A stretch of 57,794 nucleotides of DNA from Candidatus Omnitrophota bacterium (GCA_034717435.1 JAYELI010000057.1:1-57794), one strand, 5' to 3'. Positions 1 to 8,567 are shown, numbered from the stretch's first letter. Notes: generated by a model not told the origin, from the sequence alone. Numbers and translations: made by a program.

Positions 1-140
1 ATCTCAGAAAACACGGTTTTATGGGAGATCCTTCGGTCGCCCTTCGGGAATACTCAGGACTTCCTTCGGTCGCCCTTCGGGAATACTCAGGACTTCCTTC
101 GGTCGCTTACGCTCCCTCAGGATGACATCTATCTTAAAAA
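1..140. repeat. Mosaic REP-like repeat block: module A (1-40), 33-nt module B twice in tandem (41-73, 74-106), module C (107-130)
   Basis: Direct reading. 66-140 is the reverse complement of 57720-57794 (75 nt, 1 mismatch). 1-40 is the perfect reverse complement of 57651-57690. Confidence 0.85.
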
Positions 141-162
141 GAACAAAAATTAAGGACTTAGG

Positions 163-220
163 GAGTGTGCAGTTTTAAACTTTAAACTGTGCACTTTTAA
201 CAGTTTAACTATTTAACAAT
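163..220. repeat. Small imperfect hairpin (gtgcag..ctgtgcac) followed by CAGTTTAA/CAATTTAA-type words, the complementary form of the TAAAYTGY family, just upstream of dapB
   Basis: Words aacagttt aactattt aacaattt read at 198-221. Same word set as the right arms at 10589-10631, 20411-20468 and 51714-51740. Confidence 0.5.
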
Positions 221-240
221 TTTTTAGAAGTGAGGTTTTT

Positions 241-954
241 ATGTTGAGGATTGCGATTAGCGGGGCGGCAGGAAAAATGGGCGGGCGGATAATCAACCTT
301 ATCGCTAAAGATAGCTCTCTTAAATTGACGGCTACCTTAGAGCAAAACGGGCATAGCGCCATAGGCAGGGATGTTTGCGGAATTGAGATAAGTGATAATC
401 CCGGTAATATAAAAGACGCGGATTGTTTAATAGAGTTTGCAACACCCCGGGCCTCTATTGAGCATCTGGAGGCGGTTTTAAAATATAAAAAGCCGATGGT
501 TATTGGAACGACCGGTTTAAGCCCGGAAGAAAACCTTAAAATAAGAAAGGCTTCAAAGGTTATCCCGATAGTTTTTTCGCCAAACATGTCTATTGGAGTG
601 AACATTTTTTTTAAGCTTGTTAAACTTGCGGCGCAAAGCCTTCCCAAAGACTATTTTGCCAGTATAATCGAGGCACATCACGTACATAAAAAGGATGCGC
701 CTTCAGGAACAGCAAAGCGCATAGCCGGGATAATTAAGGCAGAAGGCGGGGAAATAAAAAATATAGAGTCCATTCGCGAAGGAGAAATTATCGGTGACCA
801 TCGGATCAGTTTTGAAGGGCCCTTTGACAAAATCGAACTTTTTCATTCAGCCAAAACGCGTGATATCTTTGCCCAGGGCGCGTTAAAAGCAGCGAAATGG
901 GTTATAGATAAACAGCCGGGCATTTATAATATGCAGGATGTATTGAAAAAATGA
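241..954 (+). CDS. dapB: 4-hydroxy-tetrahydrodipicolinate reductase
   Basis: N-terminal Rossmann motif ISGAAGKMGG and DapB signature EAHHVHKKDAPSGTA. 4-nt overlap with the next gene. Confidence 0.9.
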   Translation: MLRIAISGAAGKMGGRIINLIAKDSSLKLTATLEQNGHSAIGRDVCGIEISDNPGNIKDADCLIEFATPRASIEHLEAVLKYKKPMVIGTTGLSPEENLKIRKASKVIPIVFSPNMSIGVNIFFKLVKLAAQSLPKDYFASIIEAHHVHKKDAPSGTAKRIAGIIKAEGGEIKNIESIREGEIIGDHRISFEGPFDKIELFHSAKTRDIFAQGALKAAKWVIDKQPGIYNMQDVLKK

Positions 955-2123
955 ATATCGAGATTTCAGACAGATTAAAACAATTACCTCCCTATCTTTT
1001 TGTTGAACTTGACAGATTAAAACAGGAGGCCTTAAACAAGGGCAGGGATATAATCGATCTGGGAATAGGTGATCCTGACCGGGCAACCCCGGAGCATATT
1101 ATTAAAGAGTTACAGCGCTCTGCCGGCGACTCGGCTAATCACCACTATGCCCTGGATTGGGGTATGAGCCGGCTGCGTGAGGCAATAGCCGGCTGGTATA
1201 ACAGGAGGTTTGACGTAAGATTAGATCCAAATAAGGAAATCCTGCCGTTGATCGGTTCAAAGGAAGGTATTTCTCATATACCTTTAGGATTTATTAATCC
1301 CGGAGATGTAGTTTTGGTGCCAACCCCCGGTTATCCTCCTTATACAGCCAGCGCCATATTTGCCGGAGCAAGGCCTGTTTTTTTACCTTTATTGGAACGG
1401 AATAATTTTTTGCCTGATCTGGAAAATATAGACAGAGATGTCCTTAATAAAGCAAAGATGATGTTTTTAAATTATCCCAACAATCCTACTTCTGCCACAG
1501 CTACTAAAGAATTCTTTGAGAAAGTGGTTGATTTTGCCGATAAAAACGGGATTATCGTCTGTCATGATGCCGCTTATAGCGAGATATATTTTGACGGCAA
1601 TAAACCAATGAGTTTTTTAGAGGTTCGGGGAGCTAAAGAAGTAGGGGTGGAATTCCATTCGCTTTCCAAGACCTATAATATGACCGGTTGGCGCATAGGA
1701 TTTGTAAGCGGCAATCAGCAGATTATCAAGGGCTTAAGAACAGTAAAATCCAATATTGATTCGGGTATTTTCCAGGCAATTCAGCTTGCCGGGATAGAGT
1801 CGCTTAACGGTCCGCAGGATTCGGTTGAGCAGATGAGAGAGATCTATCAGGAAAGAAGGGACGTTTTGGTTAACGGCCTGAATTCTATAGGCTGGAATGT
1901 TTCCAAGCCGCAAGCTACTTTTTATGTCTGGGCGCATGCCCTGGATGGTTATAGTTCGTCCGAATTATCCAAGATCTTTTTAGAAAAACTAGGGATAGTT
2001 ACTACCCCGGGAGTGGGTTTTGGAGAAAGCGGGGAGGGCTATATCAGGATGGCCCTGACTGTTTGCAAAGAGAGAATAAAAGAGGCGGTAGAGAGAATTG
2101 CTGAGTTTAAAAAGTACTGTTAA
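951..2123 (+). CDS. dapL: Class I PLP aminotransferase, probable LL-diaminopimelate aminotransferase
   Basis: LPPYLFVELD N-terminal motif, PLP-lysine motif SLSKTYNMTGWRIGF, translationally coupled to dapB. Confidence 0.7.
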   Translation: MNIEISDRLKQLPPYLFVELDRLKQEALNKGRDIIDLGIGDPDRATPEHIIKELQRSAGDSANHHYALDWGMSRLREAIAGWYNRRFDVRLDPNKEILPLIGSKEGISHIPLGFINPGDVVLVPTPGYPPYTASAIFAGARPVFLPLLERNNFLPDLENIDRDVLNKAKMMFLNYPNNPTSATATKEFFEKVVDFADKNGIIVCHDAAYSEIYFDGNKPMSFLEVRGAKEVGVEFHSLSKTYNMTGWRIGFVSGNQQIIKGLRTVKSNIDSGIFQAIQLAGIESLNGPQDSVEQMREIYQERRDVLVNGLNSIGWNVSKPQATFYVWAHALDGYSSSELSKIFLEKLGIVTTPGVGFGESGEGYIRMALTVCKERIKEAVERIAEFKKYC

Positions 2124-2200
2124 ATGGTTAAATTGCTAAACTGCTAAACTGTTAAACTGTTAAACTGTTAAACTGTTAAACTGATAAATTGCTAAATGGC
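2121..2200. repeat. Tandem array of ten 8-nt words TAAAYKGN (80 nt, perfect phase)
   Basis: taaatggt taaattgc taaactgc taaactgt x4 taaactga taaattgc taaatggc. It contains the dapL stop (2121-2123) and the folK ATG (2196-2198). Confidence 0.9.
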
Positions 2201-2672
2201 TAGAATTTACATCGGCATAGGTTCAAATTTAGCAGATCGCCGGGTCAATATTGAAAAGGCCCTGAATCTTTTAAGGGAAGTAAAAAACTTAGAGATTAAG
2301 AAGATTTCCTCATTACATGAAACCGAACCCGTAGGCGGGCCTCCTGAACAGGGAAATTTCTTAAATGCTGTTTTAGGGGCTGAAACCTCTATCTTACCTT
2401 TAGAATTGTTAGCCAAATTAAAAAGCATTGAAAAAAGGTTAGGCAGAGGCAAGGGTGTTCCTGACGGTCCGCGGCCAATAGACTTAGATATTCTTTTTTA
2501 TGATGATGTTGTAATTAAGGGAAAAGAATTAGAAATACCTCATCCTAGATTACACGAAAGATTTTTTGCTTTAAAACCGCTTGTCGAAATTGCCCCGGAC
2601 TTGGTTCATCCTATATTAAATAAACAAGCCAGGCAATTACTGGCAGAGATTTGTGAAAGAAAACCTTTTTAG
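2196..2672 (+). CDS. folK: 2-amino-4-hydroxy-6-hydroxymethyldihydropteridine pyrophosphokinase (HPPK)
   Basis: IGSNL N-terminus, IDLDILFYDD, PHPRLHERFFALKPL. Confidence 0.9.
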   Translation: MARIYIGIGSNLADRRVNIEKALNLLREVKNLEIKKISSLHETEPVGGPPEQGNFLNAVLGAETSILPLELLAKLKSIEKRLGRGKGVPDGPRPIDLDILFYDDVVIKGKELEIPHPRLHERFFALKPLVEIAPDLVHPILNKQARQLLAEICERKPF

Positions 2673-2826
2673 TTTGTCGAAGCTCCTTTGTCTTTGTCGA
2701 TGCTGGTATTGAAGCTGGAGGCTCGAGGCTGGAAGCTGGGTAATTTAAGGCTGAACACGAGTTTCCACTTTCCAAGACAAGCATCGATACGAGCATCCAC
2801 AACGTTAAACCAGCATCGTATAACTT
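2673..2826. repeat. About 150-nt intergenic hairpin element (AAGCTGG / GTCGATGC words), copy A
   Basis: Terminal complementarity cgatgctggt / accagcatcg. It aligns by eye to the reverse complement of 34350-34497. Confidence 0.7.
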
Positions 2827-2844
2827 GTTAGGTAACGGATTAAA

Positions 2845-3714
2845 ATGCAGGTAATTACCGCGATAGATAAAATGAGGTCTTATGTTGAGGAGGCCAAAAG
2901 CAGGGGTAAAAAAATAGGCCTTGTTCCCACAATGGGCTGTTTTCATCAGGGTCATTTAAGCCTGATAGAAAAAGCCGGGACTAGTACGGACACAACGATT
3001 GTCAGCATTTTTGTTAATCCTGCGCAGTTTGGGCCGGATGAAGACTATTTGGCTTATCCCCGGGATGTAGAGCAGGATAGGCTCAAGGCAGCCAGAGCAG
3101 GAGTTGATGTTATTTTTGCGCCTGGCTTAAGTGAGATGTATCCGGAGAGTTACCTTACATATGTTAATGTGGAAATGATAACCGGGGTTCTCTGCGGTAA
3201 GGCGCGGCCCGGACACTTTAAGGGTGTAGCCACAGTTTGCGCCAAGCTCTTTAATATCATAAAGCCCGATATAGCCTTTTTCGGCCAAAAGGATGCACAG
3301 CAGACGATAGTTGTCAAAAGGATGGTAAAAGACCTGAATATGGATGTTGAAATAGAGGTATTGCCCATTGTCAGGGAAAAAGACGGTTTGGCAATGAGCT
3401 CAAGAAATAAGTATTTAAATACTGTTCAGCGTAAAGACGCGTTGGTCCTTTATCAGGCTTTGACTAAGGCAAAGGATATGATCAAAAGCGGCGAGAGAAA
3501 TGCCGGTATGATCATAGGGTGCACTAAACAGATAATGGACAAAGCCGGCTTAAAAATAGATTATATATCCATAGTAAATGCCAGGCAGTTGAATTCTTTA
3601 GAAGTTATCTCCGGCGAGGTATTAATTGCTTTAGCGGTGTGGGTGGGCAGGGCGAGGTTGATAGATAACATTATAGTGAACACAGAGGTTAATACTATGG
3701 GCCATGAGCTTTGA
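2845..3714 (+). CDS. panC: Pantoate--beta-alanine ligase
   Basis: PTMGCFHQGHLSLI (HIGH-like) and MSSRNKYL motifs. Confidence 0.92.
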   Translation: MQVITAIDKMRSYVEEAKSRGKKIGLVPTMGCFHQGHLSLIEKAGTSTDTTIVSIFVNPAQFGPDEDYLAYPRDVEQDRLKAARAGVDVIFAPGLSEMYPESYLTYVNVEMITGVLCGKARPGHFKGVATVCAKLFNIIKPDIAFFGQKDAQQTIVVKRMVKDLNMDVEIEVLPIVREKDGLAMSSRNKYLNTVQRKDALVLYQALTKAKDMIKSGERNAGMIIGCTKQIMDKAGLKIDYISIVNARQLNSLEVISGEVLIALAVWVGRARLIDNIIVNTEVNTMGHEL

Positions 3715-3772
3715 GTTTTAGGCTAAAAGCTCATGGCTCATAGCTCAAAGCTCAAAGCCTAAGTAGTAAACA
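3701..3772. repeat. Hairpin and word array (AGCTCAWR) overlapping the panC 3' end
   Basis: Perfect 12-bp stem gccatgagcttt (3701-3712) / aaagctcatggc (3726-3737). This is followed by tcatagctcaaagctcaaagcctaa; ttaggct (3717-3723) pairs with agcctaa (3766-3772). Confidence 0.7.
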
Positions 3773-3797
3773 AAAGCTGTAGATGGAGGAAAGTGAA

Positions 3798-4154
3798 ATG
3801 ATGCGTTTAATGCATAAATCCAAGATCCATCGGGCCACTGTGACCCAGACCGACTTGAATTATGAGGGCAGTATTACTATAGATAGTCTTCTTATGAAGG
3901 AAGCGGATATTTTGGCTAATGAAAAGGTTCATGTGCTTAACCTTGATAATGGTTCAAGGTGTGAAACTTATTGCATAGAAGGGGAAGCGAATTCGGGTGT
4001 TATTTGTATTAACGGTGCGGCTGCTCACCATTCAAAGACAGGGGATAAAGTAATAATCATTGCTTATGGTTTAATGGACACAAAAGAGGCTGTTTCAATT
4101 AAACCAAAGATTGTCTATGTGGATGAAAAAAATAAGATAAAAAGGATAAAATAA
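3798..4154 (+). CDS. panD: Aspartate 1-decarboxylase
   Basis: KIHRATVT, self-cleavage context [17 protein letters not shown] ggagga lies upstream of ATG 3798; the ORF opens at 3783. Confidence 0.9.
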   Translation: MMRLMHKSKIHRATVTQTDLNYEGSITIDSLLMKEADILANEKVHVLNLDNGSRCETYCIEGEANSGVICINGAAAHHSKTGDKVIIIAYGLMDTKEAVSIKPKIVYVDEKNKIKRIK

Positions 4155-4155
4155 A

Positions 4156-5097
4156 ATGGTGCGCACTCAACAAGATGAAACAAAATACAGGGAAGAATTA
4201 AAGGAAAGAATAGCTGAATTAAAAAAGGACAAAGATGCGGCTATTATCGTGCACAATTATCAGCGGCCTGAAATTCAGGATATCGCTGATATAAAAGGTG
4301 ATTCTTTAGCCTTAAGCAGGGCAGCTACCAGGATCGGCAATGATGTGATAATTTTTTGCGGAGTCAGGTTTATGGCTGAGAGCGCGTCTATCTTAAATCC
4401 CGGTAAGAAGATAATTTTGCCGGTAATTGAAGCAGGATGCCCTCTGGCTGATATGGTTAATCTTGATCAGATCAAGGCCAAAAGACAACAGTTTCCCGAT
4501 GCAGCCGTAGTATGTTATGTTAATTCTTTAGCCGAGATAAAGGCGGAGAGCGATATATGCTGCACCTCCGGTAACGCGGTAAATATTGTCAAATCGTTGA
4601 ATGAATATCGTAAAATAATTTTTATCCCTGATAAGAACCTTGGACTATATGTTGCTTCGCAGGTTCCCGAAAAGGAAATTATCACTTTAGAAGGCTTTTG
4701 TCCGTCGCATGTCAGGTTATCTAAAGCTGATGTGTTAAAAGTAAAAGCCTCTCATCCCGGTGCTGAATTTCTTGTCCATCCTGAATGTTATCCGGAGGTA
4801 GTTGAGTTAGCTGATGGAGTTTGCAGCACAAAGCAGATGTTCGATTACATCGAGGTTTCTAAATGTAAGGAATTCATAATCGGGACCGAAACCGGCCTGC
4901 TTTATGGTTTGGAAAAGAAATTTCCCGGCAGAAAATTTTATTCTGCTTCGGTAAATTTACTATGCGCTGATATGAAACTGACTACTCTTGGCTGGGTGGC
5001 CCATGCCCTGGAATTTATGGAGCATGAAATAAAAGTTCCGGAGAATATCAGGGTCAAGGCCAAGAGGACGCTGGATAGAATGCTGGAGGTGAAGTAG
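4156..5097 (+). CDS. nadA: Quinolinate synthase
   Basis: 313 aa with VHNYQ, CCTSGNA and HPEC motifs typical of NadA. Confidence 0.9.
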   Translation: MVRTQQDETKYREELKERIAELKKDKDAAIIVHNYQRPEIQDIADIKGDSLALSRAATRIGNDVIIFCGVRFMAESASILNPGKKIILPVIEAGCPLADMVNLDQIKAKRQQFPDAAVVCYVNSLAEIKAESDICCTSGNAVNIVKSLNEYRKIIFIPDKNLGLYVASQVPEKEIITLEGFCPSHVRLSKADVLKVKASHPGAEFLVHPECYPEVVELADGVCSTKQMFDYIEVSKCKEFIIGTETGLLYGLEKKFPGRKFYSASVNLLCADMKLTTLGWVAHALEFMEHEIKVPENIRVKAKRTLDRMLEVK

Positions 5098-5106
5098 CCT
5101 ATAAAA

Positions 5107-5233
5107 AGTGTCAGAGAGTCAAAGTGTCAGAGAGTCAGAAAGAGTCAGAAAGAATCAGAGTGTCAAAGAGTCAAAGTAAAAACTTTGACACTAGCGAACG
5201 AAGTGAGCGATGACACTTTGACTCTTTGACACT
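5107..5233. repeat. AGWGTCAR word-array hairpin element, copy 1
   Basis: Eight or more words (agtgtcag agagtcaa ...). Perfect 19-bp stem 5159-5177 / 5215-5233. The loop contains ctagcgaacgaagtgagcgatgac. Confidence 0.85.
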
Positions 5234-5247
5234 ATTTAAGAGGTGTT

Positions 5248-6060
5248 ATGAATAAGATAAGGGTAGGAATAATCGGCTGCGGGGTAATCGGCTCGGCTCT
5301 GGCTAAGGCAATAGAAAAAAATTTTTTCGGTTTAGCTGAACTGACAGCAGTAAATGATTTAGATAAAGCTAAAACAATAAAATTAGTCAGTTCTTTAACG
5401 GGTAATCCCGGCGTTTTATCTATCGAAGAATTAATAAGCGCCAGTGATCTGGTAATTGAGGCTGCTTCTAAAGATATTTCCGCAGATACCGCACACAAAG
5501 CTCTTTCAAAGGGAAAAAACATAATGGTAATGAGTGTGGGGGGGTTGGTTGGCCGTGAAGATGTATTGCGGCTTGCCGATCAAAAATCTTGCCGTCTTTA
5601 TATTCCTTCCGGTGCCTTATGCGGCTTAGACGGGGTTAAAGCGGCATCGATGGGGGGAGTAAACTCTGTTACTTTAACTACCCGTAAACCACCGTTGGGA
5701 TTGGAAGGTGCGCCCTATGTGGTAAAAAGTAAGATTGACCTTAATGCAATTAAACAAGAAACCGTGCTTTTTGAAGGTACGGTCTTGGAAGCTGTGCAAG
5801 GTTTCCCCAAGAATATAAATGTGGCTGCTGCTTTAAGCCTTGCCGGCATTGGTCCGGTTAAAACAAAGGTAAAGATCGTTACCTCGCCTGAATATAAAAG
5901 TAATTCCCATGAAGTTAAGGTGCAGGGTGAGTTTGGAATTCTTATAACCAAGACCGAAAACCTGCCCTCTCCTCAAAACCCAAAAACCAGTCTCTTAGCT
6001 GTCCTTTCAGCCATAGCAGCCTTAAAACAGATATTGGAACATACAAAGATAGGCACTTAA
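5248..6060 (+). CDS. nadX: L-aspartate dehydrogenase
   Basis: RVGIIGCGVIGS Rossmann motif, SGALCGLDGVKAA, NPKTS. Adjacent to nadA. Confidence 0.85.
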   Translation: MNKIRVGIIGCGVIGSALAKAIEKNFFGLAELTAVNDLDKAKTIKLVSSLTGNPGVLSIEELISASDLVIEAASKDISADTAHKALSKGKNIMVMSVGGLVGREDVLRLADQKSCRLYIPSGALCGLDGVKAASMGGVNSVTLTTRKPPLGLEGAPYVVKSKIDLNAIKQETVLFEGTVLEAVQGFPKNINVAAALSLAGIGPVKTKVKIVTSPEYKSNSHEVKVQGEFGILITKTENLPSPQNPKTSLLAVLSAIAALKQILEHTKIGT

Positions 6061-6082
6061 ATAACACACCAAATCTCAAATG

Positions 6083-6111
6083 TTGAAAAAGGGATAAAAA
6101 TTTGATAAACT
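6083..6111 (+). promoter_or_regulatory. Sigma70-like promoter candidate: TTGAAA - 17 nt - TAAACT
   Basis: Hexamers at 6083-6088 and 6106-6111. The -10 ends 8 nt before ATG 6120, which suggests a leaderless or near-leaderless mRNA. Confidence 0.3.
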
Positions 6112-6119
6112 ATACCGTT

Positions 6120-8567
6120 ATGTCAAATAAGATAAAAAAGCTATTAGTAATATTATTGCTGGCCTGCAGTTCTATTCATTTATGGGCGGGAAATAGTTAT
6201 GCAAGTGGCGGACGGGAAGCTATCGTTGTCGCCAGAACAGCCTATCAAGACCGATTATATGGTTTTTGTATCGGCCGGCTTAAGTCCTTTTTAAAGAAAT
6301 ATCCGCTTAGTGAATGGAACCAGGAAGCGCACCTCCTTTTAGGTAAATGTTTTTATCATCAGGATAAACCTTATCAGGCCCTGGAAGAGTTCGATTTTAT
6401 ATTACAAATTTCTCCGCCGAGCAGATATTCCGATCAGGCGCTATATTGGTCCGGGGAGACCTATGCTAAAGAAAAGGACTTTACTGCCGCGGTCAATCTT
6501 TATCAAAAGGTCATTGCTGATTACCCTCAGTCTACTTACAGCTCTTACGCCGGTTACTCGATAGGCTTTTGCTATTATCAACAGGACTTGTATGAGGAAA
6601 CAGTCGGACAGTTCAGGAAGTTTTTGAAAGATTTTCCAAATCATGCTTTATTTGCCGAGGCTAAATATAGAATAGGGGAATCCTTATATCACCTCAGGAA
6701 ATTTGAAGAATCCGAAGGGGTTCTTTCTTCATATGTTTTTTCCTTTCCCGAACATGAATATACAACTGCCGGCTATTACTGGCTGGGTGAGGCAGATTAT
6801 TATTTAGAAAAATTCAGAAAGGCTATTTTCAACTATCAACAGGCGATTAAGGCATCTCCGAAAAGCAAATGGGCAGCTTTGGCTTATTATGGTGCCGGAT
6901 GGGCTTATTATGAGCTGGAAGATTTCCAGGAAAGCCTAAAAGCACTTTCTTATTTTAGAGAATATTTCTCGAAAAATCCCCTGATCGATTCCTGTATATT
7001 TAGAATAGGGCAATGCTACACAGGGATCGGCGATTGGAACAATGCTGTTGAAAAGTATCAGGAGCTGATAACTAAATTTCCTCAAAGTGAGTGGGTAGAG
7101 AATGCCTGGTTCTGGAAGGCTGAGGGATTGTTTAGATCGGAGAAGTTTGAACGAGCCATCCAGGCCTATAAAAAATTATTGATGGAGTTTCCCCAGAGCG
7201 ACCTCTATAACCAAGCCTGCTATGGGCTTGCCTGGTGTTACCTTGAGATGAAAGATTACGAAAAGGCAATTGCTGGATTCGAGCAGGTTTCAAAACTGGG
7301 ACCCGATGATCTGTTAAAGGTTGATTCACTGGTAAAAATCGGAGATTGTTGGTTGGATTTAGGCCACTTTCAGAAGGCCGTTGATGCGTTTGATGTTATT
7401 TTAAAGGAATATTCCCGGAGTGCAGTGGCTGATTATGCCCAATATCAATTAGGACAGACTCTTTATAAAAAAGGGGAATTTGATTCAGCGATCTCATCTT
7501 TCCGAAGCTTAATCGTAAATTTTTCTAAAAGCGGCCTTTTAGACAAAGCCCAGTATAAAATAGGGTGGTCATATTTTAAGCAAGGCAATTGGTCAGCTGC
7601 TTACGATCAATTTCGGAAACTTATTGATAAATATCCCCGCAGTGCTTTAGCCACAGAAGCATTATTTCAAACAGGAAGCTGTCTTTATAATAACGGTGAT
7701 TATAATAAAGCGCTCAAGGTGTTTAAGAAATTAACTAAAAGCAGATCTGTTTCTCCGGAAATAGTCCGTAAGGCCCGGTATGAAATGGCCTGGTGTTACT
7801 GGCAGATGAATAAAGAAGATGAAGCGATTGGGGAGTTTAAGCAGTATCTGGCTAATTGTCCGGCTTCTTCTCTAGCAGCAGATGTATTGTTATGGTTAGG
7901 CAAATATAATTATGACCATGACCAGTTTGAAAGCGCGCGAGGATATTTTAAGAAAATCCTTTCGGAGTTTTCTACCCATCAATTGAGTGATGACGCTGCT
8001 TATTGGATAGGCTGGACATTTTATTCAAGCAAAGATTTAAGTTCAGCCCTTGAGCAATTTAAGAATATGGCAGCTCATTATCCGGGGAGCGAGTTAGCCG
8101 GTGATGCATTCTTAAGGGCCGGCGATATTTTGTCCGAGCGAAAAGAACACAGGAGGGCTCTTGTTTATTACCAGAAGGCCTTGGATAAAGCAGAAGGCAG
8201 TTTAAAAGCGGAAATTCAATTTCAGATTGCCAAATGCTATCAGGACCAAAAAAATATCGATCAGGCAAAAATCGAGTATCTTAAGGTTACCTATCTCTAC
8301 CCTGAGTCTAAATACTGGGCCATGGAGGCCAGGATCCGTGCTGCTTATATATTCGAGCAGCAGAACCAGTGGAGTGAAGCAAAAACTATTTATGAAAAGA
8401 TAATTTCCAGCCAGTTGAAAGAAGCTGAATATGCCAAAAGAAGATTAGAGTGGATCAGGGATAATATCGGCGGTTTAACTTCTGAACTTGAGGTAATGCA
8501 GGTTGAGATTGAAAGTCCTGAACTTAAGGTTCCAGAATTGATCATACCACAAACTAACACAAATTAG
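6120..8567 (+). CDS. Large exported tetratricopeptide-repeat protein (YbgF/CpoB-like repeats)
   Basis: Signal-peptide-like N-terminus MSNKIKKLLVILLLACSS. About 800 aa of repeated A..Y..G..Y......A...F TPR pattern. Lies upstream of exbB/exbD. Confidence 0.8.
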   Translation: MSNKIKKLLVILLLACSSIHLWAGNSYASGGREAIVVARTAYQDRLYGFCIGRLKSFLKKYPLSEWNQEAHLLLGKCFYHQDKPYQALEEFDFILQISPPSRYSDQALYWSGETYAKEKDFTAAVNLYQKVIADYPQSTYSSYAGYSIGFCYYQQDLYEETVGQFRKFLKDFPNHALFAEAKYRIGESLYHLRKFEESEGVLSSYVFSFPEHEYTTAGYYWLGEADYYLEKFRKAIFNYQQAIKASPKSKWAALAYYGAGWAYYELEDFQESLKALSYFREYFSKNPLIDSCIFRIGQCYTGIGDWNNAVEKYQELITKFPQSEWVENAWFWKAEGLFRSEKFERAIQAYKKLLMEFPQSDLYNQACYGLAWCYLEMKDYEKAIAGFEQVSKLGPDDLLKVDSLVKIGDCWLDLGHFQKAVDAFDVILKEYSRSAVADYAQYQLGQTLYKKGEFDSAISSFRSLIVNFSKSGLLDKAQYKIGWSYFKQGNWSAAYDQFRKLIDKYPRSALATEALFQTGSCLYNNGDYNKALKVFKKLTKSRSVSPEIVRKARYEMAWCYWQMNKEDEAIGEFKQYLANCPASSLAADVLLWLGKYNYDHDQFESARGYFKKILSEFSTHQLSDDAAYWIGWTFYSSKDLSSALEQFKNMAAHYPGSELAGDAFLRAGDILSERKEHRRALVYYQKALDKAEGSLKAEIQFQIAKCYQDQKNIDQAKIEYLKVTYLYPESKYWAMEARIRAAYIFEQQNQWSEAKTIYEKIISSQLKEAEYAKRRLEWIRDNIGGLTSELEVMQVEIESPELKVPELIIPQTNTN

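Noticed and set aside
41-106. 33-nt tandem repeat considered as a CRISPR array
   Set aside because: The two units abut directly with no spacers, belong to a mosaic REP-like block, and have no cas genes nearby.
2121-2200. Octamer arrays, here and at 10537, 17566, 20306 and 51600, considered as a CRISPR or a microsatellite artefact
   Set aside because: The period is 8 nt with no unique spacers, so it is not a CRISPR. The words are degenerate in a structured way and recur at specific stop/start junctions, so a simple sequencing stutter is unlikely. Read-level confirmation is still needed.
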